The notes under the pieces were generated by a model. That model saw nothing but the letters and a program-made list of their open reading frames with translations. It made no database searches and was not told where the DNA came from. A DNA stretch of 64,000 bases, from assembly GCA_043228905.1 (NCBI GenBank), contig JBHGNT010000016.1, positions 7,254,001 to 7,318,000 on the forward strand. Direction: 5' to 3'. The translations under genes and the position numbers were made by a program. Position 1 is the stretch's first letter. The number at the start of each line of letters is the position of its first letter. Positions 36,491 to 51,949 of this stretch are shown piece by piece. The DNA comes from Azolla caroliniana. Its lineage: Eukaryota > Plantae > Polypodiophyta.

Positions 36491-39400
36491 ATGAGTTTGC
36501 TACCTCTCTCTCTCTCTCTCTCTCTCTCATTCTCATTCTCATTTATACTTACACCACCTTAGTAAACATTACTATTTGAGCAAATGTGCAATTGAAACAC
36601 TAGGAACGGACATTAAATTTGATGAAGGTGTTGTGTTGATTCATATAACATTGTGCTCACATGATGCATGCATGCATTGGCAGGTACGGCAATACGGCTC
36701 CCATTGGTGGGTGGGGTGGTGGTCGTTGTGGTCGCCGCCATGGTTGGCATTTTCATCAACCAATTAACCACATCCACCCCTTGCAACTGTAACCTTGACC
36801 TTAGTGCACGTTGCAAACAAATTGAACTCTACATGAAAGGTATACATATTAATAGTAAAGGTATTTAATCCAATATAAATGTTGTCATCATTCTAAAGGA
36901 GTCTCTTGCCACAAATGTGCAATTCGCTTATAGCTTAACGTTTATATTCACCATATTTGGACATCATGGATTATATTGGGACATTACATAATGTAAACCA
37001 CTTGTACTCAAGTACTACTTTTAATAAAATATGAATATTAAATAGTATTGGGGTTTCTTAATTGTAAGTCGACTTGATGACATCAACACCAATTACTAGA
37101 ATCAAACTTGCTCAAGAGTCAATACATGTCAAATTGGGGATGCATATGGTTAGTCCTATATTGGCTATTTGTAGCTTATAACTAGTAGATCAAGTGGAGG
37201 TCGAAGGATTAGAAGCCAAATCATGTGAGCATGCTATATTAATAATTGTGTTCATGGGTAAATATGTCCCCAAATTTATAGTGTAGTGTTGCTCAAACAA
37301 ATCTATGTTTTAACATTTATTTTGGCTCGTATCCACAGGACTAACTTATGCTCTAATATAAGATATGCACATCACATCTAATTTTATGAATTTGACCATT
37401 TTCAATGGTATATGAGTGCACAAAGACAATGAATACATGGTTAATTCGAACTTAATTGGTACAAACACTTTTGAGTTCAAACGTCATAGTGGGCCTTTTT
37501 AGGGTCTAACTTTTATACATAATGTTGATTAATTAGTTGCATTCATGAGATTTCCTAACATACATGACATACACTCTCTCTTCTAATTTTAGAGATGCTC
37601 TTTTCAAAGGGAATTACACTTAACATCTACATCATATGAACTATGTGTTTATATAAAAGGATGATTCAATTTTGTTGTTAAAAATTTGTATTGGTATTAA
37701 GGGATTAGTTATTAGTATTTTCTTAACACATGTAGGTTTTTTAATCTAGGAGTTTGTTAGTATTAATGATTTTATAAAAGGGCGCTTGGGCATGTGATTT
37801 GACAAATTTTTTATACAACAATTTCATTGGGATCATAATGGTGTATTAGCAGAAGATGGTGCTTGAATATAGCTTTAAGGTTTATGATAAAAAAACCCAT
37901 TAGTTGTATTGTCATTGGTAAGCCCACATGTGCAAATGCATTGTTCACATTGTGAGAGAAAACTCCCACAACTAGCTAAACACTCAAGTCCCTCCCTACT
38001 AGCTTTATTAGTTGGTAAGCCAAGGTGCAAGAGTCTGTTGCCATTGAAGTCCCACCATTCACTTGGTTCAACGAGAATGGTTCTAGGCAATGGCTTAGTT
38101 TTCCATTCCAATAGTTATATGATACTTATATTAATTATAATATGGAAATCCCACATACATTTCAAAGTCCATTACAAAAACCTAAAATTGCAAGAAAACA
38201 AGCTTGCGTGCTAAACTAATCTTGAAACTACATAGTAACTAGTATTGAATTCTATGTTCCATTTAATAACGATGAAATTCATGTTACTTGCAGTGCCATT
38301 GATTGCTACACACCTATTTGCTTTTGTGTTGATTCCAATTGGAATTTATGTCTTTCACCATGCTACCACTATGTTAAAAGAACTGGGAGCAACAAGCCCA
38401 ATTTTAGTGATAATTGGACTAGCATACATCATGCTTTCGATTTGTGGAGAAATTGGATGGCATGTTGGTCAGCGTTGGTTTTACCATGTAAGTATTCATA
38501 ATGTTTTGCACAAACAACTTCTAGGTAATGTTGGTCTATATATTTACCATTTAAAGTCAACATAACTTGGGTTTTCTGCAACATCCTCCTAAGACGATGT
38601 ATACATAACATGTGTAAGTTTAGGGTTTAGAGACTTTGTGTATATACATGTTATATGCATAGTTTAGGAGAGAAAAAGAGAAATGGACAAACAAAACCGT
38701 TCTTATTGAGCTAGGTATACATTTGCTCTAAAACAAAAGTGATTGTGCAACAATTTACTAACCATGTTCTACATTTCGTGGTTTGAGTTTAATCTTCAAC
38801 ATCTTATGAAATTGACCAACTTCTCTCATTAAGTTTAATTTTCAATGCCGTTTGACTTCTCTAGATTTGATTATCTAGGCTAAACTAGACATGAAGGCAA
38901 CCAACTTATGTGATTATCCAAGTTAACATTGATGCAAAGGTTCTCAATTTTGAAAATTGTGGTTTATGAATGAACAATCTAGTATTTTGAATGTTGTCAT
39001 TGAGATGTTTAAAGGTAGGAGAATGTGGGGTCCTTTGAGTGACAAGATCTCAAATTTTAGAACAATAAATTGATAATCATCTACCTTACGAGGTTATTTG
39101 GCACAATTTGATACCAATGTGATGTTATACAAGAGATAAGGGAATATAATGGCCTTTCACCTCATGACTCTTGGCGGCAACTTCCTCAACTTTGGTACAT
39201 GGGTGACAAGATCAACTGTGTTTGTTACTTTCAATGTTTTCACATATTGGACATTGAACCCCACATCATCACACATTCTCCTTCACTAGCTTGTCCTCAT
39301 TGGTTTAGTTTTCTATTTGGTGAATTGGATTTGATAGGACCCTATAGTTTGTTTGTGATCATTAGATGAAAAATAGTTTTTTGCCTATATTGTTAAATTA

Positions 39401-40237
39401 TGTCTATTTTAGTGCGCTCGTGATTACATTACGTAGACATGCTTAGGAACATTGCATAATAAACATTAATCATGAAAATTGCATCACTGAGGATGTGAAC
39501 TAAAATACTCATTGTCTTTGTTTTGGTTTTGACTTGAAGGAGGAATATGACGTCTTGAACTTTGTGTTTTATGCCTTCCTCACATTGGGTACTGCTTGTT
39601 GGGGTTTGGGTGTGAAAAAGGCAAATACAAGTCTAAACATTTCAGACATAATCCTCATTGTAAGTATGCCGATTGCCACAATATGTTACGCGAAGGCAGC
39701 CTATGACGCCAAAAATGGAAATGAAGGACCAGGAAAAGTTCCCATTTACATTGTGTTAAGTTTTGAGTATGCAATCCTGTCAATGAGGCTTTATGAGGTG
39801 ACAACAAACCAACACATTATTAATTTTCTTGTATATATACATTTAATCTACAATATTTTCTTATGCTTCTTAAAATGGTTGTATTTCCAGGTGTTAAATA
39901 AAGATATTAAAGTATGGTTATTTCCAATTTTCTCAGTTATAGTAAATTTAATCTTCATATCCTTTTTGGATAAATATCAAGAAAGCACACTGCTCAATCC
40001 ACTATTCCAGTAAGTACTTTTTAGAACACGTGTTTTGGTAACTTAAAGTCATGTACATTGATGAAAAGTTTCTATTGTAGTCTACTTTTTCTTAACATTT
40101 AGTTACAATAGTGATAGATCCTTTTTCTTTTTGTTAGCACTCTCCATGACGCACTCGGAACAGAGATGGGAATTCTTATCATCATCTTAATAGTGTGGTA
40201 CAAGACTCTCGAGTTTGATTCAAAGAAAGCTAAGTAA
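36491..40237 (+). CDS. Uncharacterised multi-pass membrane protein (~276 aa); exons 36491-36494, 36684-36839, 38294-38487, 39540-39797, 39891-40009, 40138-40237
   Basis: phase-consistent GT-AG junctions; ~7-8 hydrophobic helices; EIGWHVGQRWFY and FHTLHDALGTE motifs; TATA-like tract at ~36398; the first micro-exon is least certain. Confidence 0.72.
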
Positions 40238-43200
40238 CAATTTGTATTTTATTGGACTTCAAACAAGGAATGGATTTTAATTTGCCAAATCGAGGTTTCT
40301 TGGTTGGTATCCAATCACGGAGAAGACTGAGGAGCGTTTTAAGTTTATTATCTATGTATGGAATCTTTGTGCTTTGGATTATTTTGGTTATGTCAACATA
40401 ACGCTTTGAAAACTAATCTCACAATGTAAGTTTTTATGAGCAAACTACTTTATCTACCAATCCACAAGGTTACAAATGTCTACTTTATACATTGTTTTTT
40501 GGCAAGCACTTTTGGGATTCATGCAACCATCATTATTGTATTCAATATAGGAGGGAGAGTTTGAGAGGGACATTAGATGAAAAAGGCTCAAAAACACAAA
40601 GTGGAGTCCTATTTAATATGTTTGAACTTCTTTATCTCAAGGCTGTAGCTTGTCAGGATCTTTTGTTGATTGGTTTATGGGGCTAAGGGGGATTTCATAT
40701 GCATTACTTTGATTCACTTCATGAACCTTTTTTTAAACTTTTTGTTTGGATCTTTAATCCAAATTATCTTACACGTGAGTGCCCAAAATAACTTTAAATC
40801 AAAGCAAAATGCCCCAAATATGATGAACCAAGAACCTTAGAACTCCATGAACTTGCTTGTTTCTTGGTTTAACTTATTTGGGAATTTTGATTGTTTTACT
40901 ACTTATCTATGAGGGAGATTTATTAAAGCTTCTACATCTATGAGGACAAATGCCAATTATGCTATAAAATTAATGGAAAAGCTAAATGCAAAGTTTTTGG
41001 AGATTTTTTGTCTAATATTTCGTTTGTTTTTTAATATTGAACTTGTGTGCCTCTTGTTGAAATCTTGTGGGATTTTCTTGTTTGGATTTTATGATGTTCT
41101 CACAAGTAAAACTAGTCAAGGATAAATTCTGATAATGAGAGGAGAATGCTAACGTTAGATTCTTTACACATGACTTTCTGATTTCAAAAATGATCGTCTT
41201 TTCCGATGCTTAATATCCATCTATATTTTTGTGGGCAATTTGCATGTATTGTTCACTAATAATTGCATTTGCCTAAATCTCAAAATTTGGCTTCCTACTT
41301 ATACAACCTATTCTTTTCTACTTTTTCTTTTTTTGTTTTAAAGGGTGCTTCCCATTAGTTAAGTGTCTTTAGAGTCTGATATGTACACCAATAATGTAGT
41401 TATAGACACCCAATAGTTTTATCCTTTTGTACTTTTTTAACTTTCATATGGACAGTAAGTTGTGCATATCCTGTTTTAACCATGCGATTTGAAATGAATA
41501 TAATGGGACAATTTGTCCATTGACATAATTGCTCATTTGTGGTGCCAAAAGGATTACATATATTTCACACACGCACACACATGAGCGAAGCAAAGCAATC
41601 ATGCAACCATAATGTCGCATAGAGATACAAGTGGATGAGATAATATTGAAGGTGAGTGTGTGCTTTTATGCATGTAATGAGATGGGAGTTATATGTAGGG
41701 GTGAAATATATATGTGGACCCAAATTTGATTGTGATACGATATCCATTGGAAAATGTTAGAGATCATTCCTAATGTAAGCATAATAGAAGGAAATATAAG
41801 GTAAATAGATAAGAAAACAGAGAGAAAGAAGGGTGTCGATCTACCCGACCACCCCTGACCGAAGGGATCAAGACATACTCGAGCCTTGATCGGCATCCCA
41901 TACCACCGCCATGGCATTGAGTTGTACTTGGTATTGGTGCGCTCACGACAAGAGTTTGTTCACCACAAGATCATAGTCTCGGCATAGTCAAATGATGTCC
42001 CAATGAGGGTAGTGAGGCGTAAAATTTATAGTCAAACCTAAGGTCTCCAAGCAAGTTCACACTTGGCCCTTATGGGTTGTCTCAATTCCTAAGATTAAAA
42101 GTAAACCTCCCTTCTTTACACTCTTGATTAACCCTCACACTTAATCCTCATGTGCAGAGTACTATGGTACAATTCACGAGATAAATTATGCTCGTAATAG
42201 AAAACAACAAAACTATGTGTTATTGATTCCCACAAAATGAAGTAAAAGGACAATGGCAATTTATTTTATCCTTCCTCTAATAAGCCAAGTCATGTGACAC
42301 AGTTCTCTCCCGTCCAACATTAAAAGTGTAGGACAACATGGTAAAGATATGTAAGTACACTCCCCACAAATTCCTCATTTCGGCCATGTCAAAAGCTTTA
42401 ATAAAAAGCCATAAACTACTCATAGAAAAAAAAATACGTGCCAATTTTCACAACTAAGCTCTTCGGATGTCTTGTCCCCCATAGGAATAACCCTTATGTC
42501 AACTAGTCTTACAACACCCTAAAAGATTTACCATGCCAAAAGAATCCTCAAATTTATTGTTGCAACAAATTCAAGTGTTGGGAAATGACCAATTTGATAC
42601 AAAAAAATTGACTTCCCTTATTCCCAATTCTATGGTCTTTGACATGGGCCACTATGCACTAATAGTACGTAAAACATTGTATTTGTTATATAACGAAATC
42701 ATTGCCCAACACAAATATAACAATTACAAGTTTTTATGAGATGATTAATTGTATGGATATATATAGAGACAAAGAGAGCCCAAATGATCTAGCTTAGTTG
42801 GTAAGGTTGCTCAATGGAGACCAAGAGCATTGTGGCATCTAGTAAACTAAGAGGATATGTATGGAGTAATAGAGATATGAAAAAATTGGGTCTTAGTGGT
42901 GTAACAACTTATTACTAGGGTAAGATAATTATGATGAAAAAGAAAGAGAGAGAGTTTATTCACTTCGAAGGTCAAATAGACCTAATGAGAAAAAATATTA
43001 CATTTTCACGTAATACATGTTAAAGTAAGGAATGTTGCAATCAAGAGTGCACACTTTGATTGTGAGAGAAATTCGTGCAAGGATTAGGTTTGCTCAAAGA
43101 TGTGTATAAAACATAAACGATTGTTACCAAAGGTAGAGCATTGTATCAAAATGTAATACTTCACATTCCTGAACTTGTTTTGGGGAGAGTGCGCATAGTC

Positions 43201-44681
43201 AACTACTCTCATCACTTGTGCCCCAATGCCTCATCTCACTTTGTAGTGTGTGTAAGATAAGTCGCATGGAAGCAAAGGTCTAGATGGCAAACAATGGGAT
43301 AGGGTCTAACATGTATTGATGTGTGTGGTTTTCTTGTTCCCTAAAGAATATGGTGTAACATATGTAGTATAGTGTGTGAAGTGTGTGAACCTCTACAACA
43401 TTGGCTTTGCATAAAAGCCTCATTTACAAAGGAATTTATTGATGCATCCCATCATCCAAACTAATTTTCCATAACTTACATCCAATGGGGACACAAAAAT
43501 TTATTTTTATGTGTCTTTTGGATGTTTTTGCTTGCTTCCCATGCGGAAGTTGTTGTGAGGCAGAAAAAAAAATCCTTCTTTTTTTATTTTCTTTTTTTGA
43601 GCGAGGGAGAGAGAGATTATTGCTCCTAAGCATTCTGGTGGGGCACAAGACTTGAATTTATAAAAGCATATGGTCATTGGTAATGCGATGGTTGAGGATG
43701 TAGAACTTCAAACGAAAACGATAGCATACATTATTGGGAAGATATGAATTAAGTCTAGAAACATGAAGCTTGAAACTAATTCGTGGAACATCAACAATTC
43801 TAAAAGGCATGTCAAGTGTGCAAGGCTGGTGGAAGTTAAAGCTTTACCATTGGGGGGATGTGTTAAACAAAAGAATTATTGTTAATGGAATGATTCTTTT
43901 GTTCAATGGAATTAGAACATAGTAGGCATCAATTTCCTTCGTGCCCAATGGTTGGAATATTTTGGAGGTGTATCCACTAGTATGTATGTCTTTGATTTAA
44001 GGAGTAAGAAAATTCTTGATTTAATTGGGTTTTGGTACATTAGGAGAACATTGGAGTGATGCCCAATTTTAACATTATTGTTACGGGAGGCTATGGTTCT
44101 AGAATTCTTGAGGTATAAGGGCTATATATAGTTCATTTGAAATATGCAAAATGCCTTTATTTTTTTATTCGCAAGTTGGGGTGAATAAATATGTTGCAAA
44201 GCTAAAATGATTCATGTTGTTGCAATAGACAGCATTAGAGAATTCACAAAATCGAAACCATGAAGAGAGAAATGTGCAAAGAGGCATGTCACCATATTTT
44301 TCATCTGAATTAGTGTGGGGTGGGATGGACTTCATATAGATCCTCGGACCTCTAAAGGTTGTTTTAAGTCATGGTGGCGTCTTCTTTCATAGTAAAAGAC
44401 AAATTATGGAGAAGAAAAAGAGATTATTAACGTCCACAAGAGACATGGTGAGAATTGAACTTGGGTTCTCTCAATGCTAGGACTTCAATGCACAGTGCAT
44501 ACGACCAAGCCAACAGCTACAGAAGTCAAGAATAACCATATAAAAATGAGATTTGAAATAATGTACAATATAAAAAATTTAGTGTAGTATATGTTTACAA
44601 TTGCCAGGACATGGCAACTTAATTCCATATAAATGTTTCCATATAAATGTTTCCATATACAAATATCAAGCATATGCTTCA

Positions 44682-47600
44682 TCATTCAATACGACACCGG
44701 TCTGAATCACATTCTCCTTTGATCTGAGACCACTGTAAACATGATTAATGAGTTGTTACAAATCATACTATAAAATTCAGTATTCAATTTTCTGTATGTG
44801 CACCTTTTTCTCTCTTTCTTGTAGAATCTGAATCAATGGTGGACGTCCTGAAGCCAAAGTTAAAAGCATTAACTTCACAATAAATCTTTAGAATGAAAGT
44901 AATGTCTAATTCCAAGATTTTGTAATACAAACAATACAAGTTCCTCATCCGAACACCATATATATATAAAATAAAATTTCCCGCACATTTGAAGAATTAG
45001 CTAGTCTTGGAGACAAAAACATGTCTCTAAATTGTAAGTTTGAGATTGTGCAAATTATAATTAGAAACCTGTTATTGGAAGACGATATTTTGCCCATATC
45101 GCATACACAGCTTCTGCAATCACTGCAATCTGCCAATTGTGGTAATAGATTTGTTAGTAAGGTGATCTAGGCCAAAAAACACATTTCTTCATTAGTAGAA
45201 TAAGAAGACAATGTTCCTAATTACACATTATGCAGGGTAAAACAACCACATTTCTTTGCTAGTAGAATGAGAAGATAAAAGCCCCCAGCTATACACTCAC
45301 AGTATAAGGGTGATTTGAAGCAATTTCATGTGACAATAGATTCAAAATTCTTTGTATGGATATGATATTCTCAGAAGAATAAATTGATATAGGGTAAGAG
45401 CAGTTTGAACCAATATCATGTGACAATCAACTCAAAATCCCTTTCTCGTATGGATCATTTATTCTCAAAAGAATGGATTGACCAATCAAAGAACATGATT
45501 GACTGTTCACACTTCATACACAAACCCCAAGCAAATCCGTATGAAAGAAACTAGAATATCCAATTTCATCTAACTAACGATTAGCTTAACCAAACCCAAC
45601 TGTACATTGAAACATGGACTAATTAGGAAAGTACAAACCGTTTTGATTTTAGTGAATGCATAGACCCATCCCAACCCAACTTCTTCATATAACCTTTTGA
45701 ATGCCTGCAAATTCAGAATACCAAAAATAATGATTAATTTCAGAAGTGCAATCAAGACTATCTCTCACAAGTAATGCACTAACTTGGAGAAGATTGCTTT
45801 CCAATAGTGATCGGGTATTGAATCATAATCATTAAACTATGTCATAAAAAAACTCACTGCGATATCATAGAGGACAGTCCCATCATGAAGAATCACATGG
45901 ATACGTCCCATTGCCTGCACATTGTTTTTTAAGAGTTAATACAGTCGCATATAAAACAGCTAATAAAATTGGACTTGGCTCTCATGACAAGAAAAGAGAA
46001 GATGAGTTCAATTTTCAAGAATGGACTATTGTTTTTCCCTCATATCATCAACTATCAGAATTCAATTGTCATAAACTGCATGAGTATACAGAGGTTTTCA
46101 TGTCCACTCATTCATCAGTAATTATTAAGACACCGCTGTTTATGTCCAATAGGTGCTTCCATTATTGATTTCATTCCATCGCATCAGTTTTGTCACCGAA
46201 ATGTGAGGAAAGATGGCAATTATCACGGCTACAAATTAATAATATAAAAAAATTAAAGAGAGAGAAGGGCTAATAACACTAATAAGCAAACAAGCATAAA
46301 TTCATGAAACAGATATGTTGTTTCCATTTTGTAAGGGGTTTGTTGTCCTGGCTGCCAATTTTAATGTCCATTGTAGTATCAAAAAAGGAATTTTTCCATT
46401 TTTGCATGGACTTAACCAGTTGAATAGACCAAGAAAAAACAGTGGTGGTAGCAGGTCCGATTAGAGATGAGTGTGCAACAGCAATCCAAAGATGCAAAAC
46501 CGAATGGTCTATTTCACCAAGTCTTTCTCTACGACAGTGCCCAGATCGTTACGCATTTCATGCAGGTCAAAACTTACCCAACAAGGAAATTGTCACCTTT
46601 GGACAGTCATAGTTACACCTACCATTCACTGGGGCTTCAGTCACCGGTTCACTCATCAGGTCACCGACTCCCTTGGCCTTCCAAGTGCTTATTGGATGCT
46701 TTCCAGGAAACTGCTGAATCAGAACAATTCTTGTCCGAGTTAATTCTATTTTTGGTAAGTCCCTCCAACACCCAAATGCCAGACTGCCCCAAAAGCAAAA
46801 CATAGTCCTGAAAGGATGCCCCCCCCTCCCTTGCTAACAGCAAGTATCCACAGAGATACTTAATGCGAGAGAAGTGCTGTTGAGGGACCAACCCTCGCTG
46901 TTGAGGGACCAACCCTCCTGGATCAATTTCGTACATTTGAAAATAGAAATTCTCAAAATGTTATATAAATATCATGAACTTGGATAATGTTTTAATTCCA
47001 GAATATAGTCTAAAAAAAGCAAGAAAGAATCATGAATTCAAGCAACATATACCGCAGCAAAATCAATGCCAGCGTTTTCTTCAGCTGAGTAGTTCTCTGA
47101 GTTTATGTCAACAAATTTGATCGTGCCATATTTCTCATTGCGTTCTCTCAACATATTCACCTACAAAATCAGTTAATTCCATTCAGTCTATACAAATAGA
47201 TGTGGATCAATTAAATTTCTAAATTAAGCATTAAAACCTTAAAGAACAAATGTCACTTCATACTGCAGTCTTTAAAAGAAAATCTTTTATTGAGATAAAT
47301 TCAAATAATGCAACAAACAAACACCTCTCGCAAGCATAGTGGACAATCACCATCGTAAAGCATCTTGACCTTCCATTCACCTCGATCACCAGGATTTTCT
47401 AAGATCTCACTACTGTTAGTTTCAAGAGTTTGAATAGATGTGCTGTTTAAAGCTCGTGTCATAAGGAGACCTGTAGATGTAGGGAAAAGGGTTAATAAAA
47501 TTTCAAGTCACAAAATGTGTTAAAAAGAAAGAAAGAAATGTGCATAATGTCCTGTGAGAACCAAACTACCGTCATACCAAACAAAAGCTTACAAAACATT

Positions 47601-49703
47601 CAATATATTAAAAAATGAATGAAAAAGAAATAAGGAACTTGCATTGATGTCCTGTGAGAGGAAGTAATCATTTTTTTTATAAGTTTCTGTATGCATTGAA
47701 TTCTTCCAGCATTAGAATAAGAGCAAGTTCCTATCTTGACATTTGTTTACAGACATTTCTCACTTAGTGACAATGTACATATTCAATTGCAGGACTCTTC
47801 AGTATGCCATACACACAATATATGTCCTTTGGAGACGATAAGGAAATACTTTCGTTTATCTACCTCCCCTAGAGCTCCTCAGCCACAAGTCATGATGCTT
47901 GCAAGCAATCCTGCTCAACTTTACCATAATACAGTTCAAAACATTACTGTTATACCTTAGCTGTAAGAATCCATGTCAAAAATGTGAAAGATGTTTAACG
48001 TACACTCAACATATCGTCATCAGACTTCAAAAATAAATATTTTTGAAGAACTTATTTTCAAATTGTGATTAGTTCCAATAGGGATAAGCTAGAGAACGTA
48101 ATGGTCTCAAATGTCCTTAGATGATACACATGACTATTAGAACACTTGGAAGCATAGCCTTCTTTTACTCATATTGCCAACATATAGCATTTCAGTTTAA
48201 TACTAAATTTATTTGATTTATGCCACTCAGAGTTTCAACTTCAGGATGGAAGAATTTGATCTTCTCATTTGATGAAATGCACAAGCAATATTCATCTCCT
48301 TGCTTATACAAAATGACAATCTTGAGATGCCAAGTATCGTTATATAGCATATAAAGTAGGAAGCAGCCATGTTTCAATTGGGTTGTCGTGTGCACATTGG
48401 GTTATAACTAACAACATGCCATGATATTGTGCAATGTTTGGACTTAACTACAGGACACAAAAGACTACATCATCAAGCATAGAACTCCCGGACGACAAGT
48501 AGAAAGACAGCAATCTTATGAAGCACAAAAGATCAAAACCCAAGAATAGGATACACCACCCACATTTCACAAACAAGCCAATTCAGAACTGTCTTGTGAA
48601 ATGAGTATCTCAGTCCGAGGCAATAGTTTCAAGCAATCCATGAACATAGAATACATCTTAAATGAACAGACAAGCTAGTTGCACAGCAATGCTTTAATCA
48701 TAGTGGAAGTGTTATGTTCACATAACGAAGGTGAGGGTAGGTCACTAATATCTACAGAACATAAGTGAGGGTATGTTCACTAATGTTTAAGGGACCAATG
48801 TGATTGGATGGAGGAATGATTGTGCATGCACTATCATGATCTTGATATCTAATACTCAAGGAGTCTAGGAAGATGTATAAATATGAGGCTTAGCTATCCT
48901 CATAAGACACATCAATGTCGGACGACAAAAGACTTCAGACACTACTAGTATGGGCTAGGATTCCATCATGATGATCATGTTGCCTCTTCCAAGGTACACG
49001 TCATCCTAATATTCGTCGGTATGGGACATCGGTGGTAGATTGGCTATGTCTCAATCATAGCTCAAGGGAGAACTGGTTCATGTATCCAATCTATTCACCA
49101 TTTTTAACTTTAATTTGGCCTATGGATTAGATTAGTAAGAGATTCTTCATCTCTTCAATTATTTGAGAGAGGGAGAGAGAGAGAAAAGATAGTGTGTGTC
49201 CTTGGGCTTGTCCTCCCAACCTTAGTTTATGCCTTTATATATTAGCCTCTCATGTGCAAGGGCTAGTATGCATGTCCACCCCCCTTGCCTGCACAACCTT
49301 GGTGCTATGTATCCTTCTCAGAATGGTCCCGCAACACTCACAATCATTGTACAATCAATACGTTCAACATAGAGATCATATCTGACAGAATGAACGCCAA
49401 TTATAGTAATAATCGCATGCTCATACACATTTAAGGAGGAAGACAGAAATTGTAGAGACACAAAGAGAATAGAGAAAAGTAAAGAGGGGGAAGAAGATGA
49501 CTTGAGTAATTAGGTCGGTGGTGCGGCCATGGAAGGTGGAGGAAACGATCGTTCCCGCGGGCGGATCGAAGGAGGGGGGGGTTTCCGTGGAGGGGAATGA
49601 AGGCAGGCGATGAAGAAAGGTGCGGAGAGATTGAATGGTCTCTGGCCAAGCTCGAAGCGCAGGAGCAGAATCTGCTGCGGAAGTGGAAGGAGGAGGAAGC
49701 CAT
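44682..49703 (-). CDS. DCC1: DCC-family thiol-disulfide oxidoreductase (DxxCxxC; like Arabidopsis At5g50100/DCC1) with organellar transit peptide, 8 exons
   Basis: spliced peptides WKVKMLYDGDCPLCLRE (47325-47470), VNMLRERNEKYGTIKFVDI, AMGRIHVILHDGTV, AFKRLYEEVGLGWVYA, AVYAIWAKYRLPITG, RPPLIQIL, WSQIKGECDSDRCRIE*; Ser/Arg-rich N-terminus from ATG 49703. Confidence 0.88.
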
Positions 49704-51949
49704 TTGGGGAGAGAAAGAAGAAAGAAACAGAGAGGAATAGCAAAATCTTTATTCCTCCCAAACCGGTTAACCCTTAACCGGTTTGGGAGTTCCCAAAACT
49801 TGAAGCGAACCTGTTCCCTAACCGGTTTATCCAAGCCCATTAAGCCTTCACCGGTTTGGAAATTGGTTAGGCCCAAATCAATTCGATTCGGCTTAGAACC
49901 ATCCCCCAAACCGGTCTCTAACGGTTTAATGGTTTGGTTAGGCTTGAGCCAAGTCGTTATCAATTCCTATAGAGTCTGCCTACCTACCTGGCCCTATGCC
50001 TCAGTCGGTCTCACGCCTGCTCGTGCAAAAACCCCTTGTGCAATACCCACCAAGGACACGATAAGGATGGATTCACATGAGGTCCTACCCATGAAAGTGT
50101 GGGCCATGGGCATTTGTTTGCATATGTGATGATCTGGGACCAAAATAATGGAAGGAAAGAATCGAGCGTGCTAGCTGCATTTAGATCCAAACATGTTCCC
50201 CTTGTTGTGTGTGATGATTGTGAAACCAAAGGGGAGATTGGTAAGGAATGGTTTGGAAGTCTACAAGTTTTAGAGTCTTGTGCAATCATGGCCCACGAAT
50301 TTCGAGTTCTCTGTTGTAAAGTGTCGTATGTTTGTGGTTATGTGAGAACTCTGACCCACCTCCTAGTTTCATTCATGCAAGCTCTTTTTTATCTGGGTGT
50401 GCATTGCTAGTATTGTCGATTTGCTCAACTCTTTTTTATTTGTGTGTGCATTGCTAGTATTGTCAATTTGCTTAGTGTAACAACCATAGTAATGCAATCA
50501 TGGCTCACATGTTTCGAATTCTTTAGAAAAGTGTCTTATATTTGTGGTTACATGAGAACTCTAACCCACCTCCTAATTTCATTTATGCAATATCTTTTTT
50601 ATTTGTGTGTGCAATGCTAATATTTCCTTTAGATAGTTAATCAAGATTATTATCAATTTGCTCCTTGTAACAACCATAGTGATCAAGATAGTTAATGGCA
50701 TCGACCTACACAACATTCATCGACCACTATTCCATGAGGGCTCCAATCATGTGTCATATATTTGCCCATATTCCAAATTGTGGTGGGTCTAGAACCCACA
50801 ATCGCAATAAGTCTAGAACCTTGCACTGTCTACTTTGTCCATGTAATGCAATGTCGTGAGGTTATCATGATCATGTGGCCAAATGGCCAAATTAAAGATG
50901 AATGTATCATCACCTTGTGTTTCACAATTGTCTTACAATGACAAATTAAACGTGAATGTACTATCACCTAGCTTGTTCTACAACTTCGAAATGAGATATA
51001 TCTAGCATGTCACTCTTCAATAAGGCAATAACAAATTAGGAGTGAATGTACCATCACCCTACTTGGTCTACAATGTAGAAACGACATTATCACCAACATG
51101 TTAGGTGCTGAATTTTCGTTTATCCAAACGCCTAAATTTTATTGCAAATTTATTGACCTTGGAGTTAATGCAAATGAAAGACTCAACATATGCATTATGT
51201 TAGCTATGGTAAACTCATGATTGTTTTTATTGCCAAAAAAAACAAGGTTTTTGTTCATGTGTTTATAGTATTTATACAGTTACAATACTTAATGCAATTA
51301 AGAGATAAGACAAAGTTTATCATTCACTAAATGTAATCAAGACATCAGAAAGAAGTTGTTGTTTCCCAAGGAAAATGTTGAATTATTTGATAAAAATCAC
51401 ATGAGTTGTTATAGGTTTCTAATGACATTCCTCATCCCATATAGGTGATCGTGTCGCCAAGTAGACATGACACTCACCTCTAAATGTACAAAATTTGGGG
51501 TTAAAGTCACACTGTTTCATAAGGGTGTAATTTCCAACACAATCGATTACACATTAGACATGACATCCGTGGTAACTCTCTAGAGATGTTTGTATTATAA
51601 ATCCACTCTACTCTATAAGTTAGAATTTACTCTAAGATGAACTTGTAGGCCTATATAATTCTAATAGAAAATTCTATGGTAAACTAGACTCTCCTCATAT
51701 TAGGAGATTGTAGTTTCAAGTCCCACCATGATCATAAAAAAGGTTTCATATACCAGTAACCAATTCATAGGATTAATACCAATTATGTGTGTTACAAAGT
51801 CATTATGAGATATTGAACACAGACTATTGTCCTATTGGGTGTAGATTGAAGGCAATAATAGAGGTGTACACAATCTAGGCCACTCCTAATAAATACAATG
51901 TTTGTAGATTAGTATCTTAGTTTTATTTGAGTTTTATTTTGTGTGGCCT

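Noticed and set aside
44440-44520. Weak tRNA/SINE-like heads (also ~42785 and ~59035)
   Set aside because: Only partial A/B-box similarity, with no cloverleaf or TSD that I could verify.
46467-46936. Overlapping ORFs and a 21-bp direct repeat inside the DCC gene
   Set aside because: Intronic, no motifs, and not needed for the spliced DCC protein.
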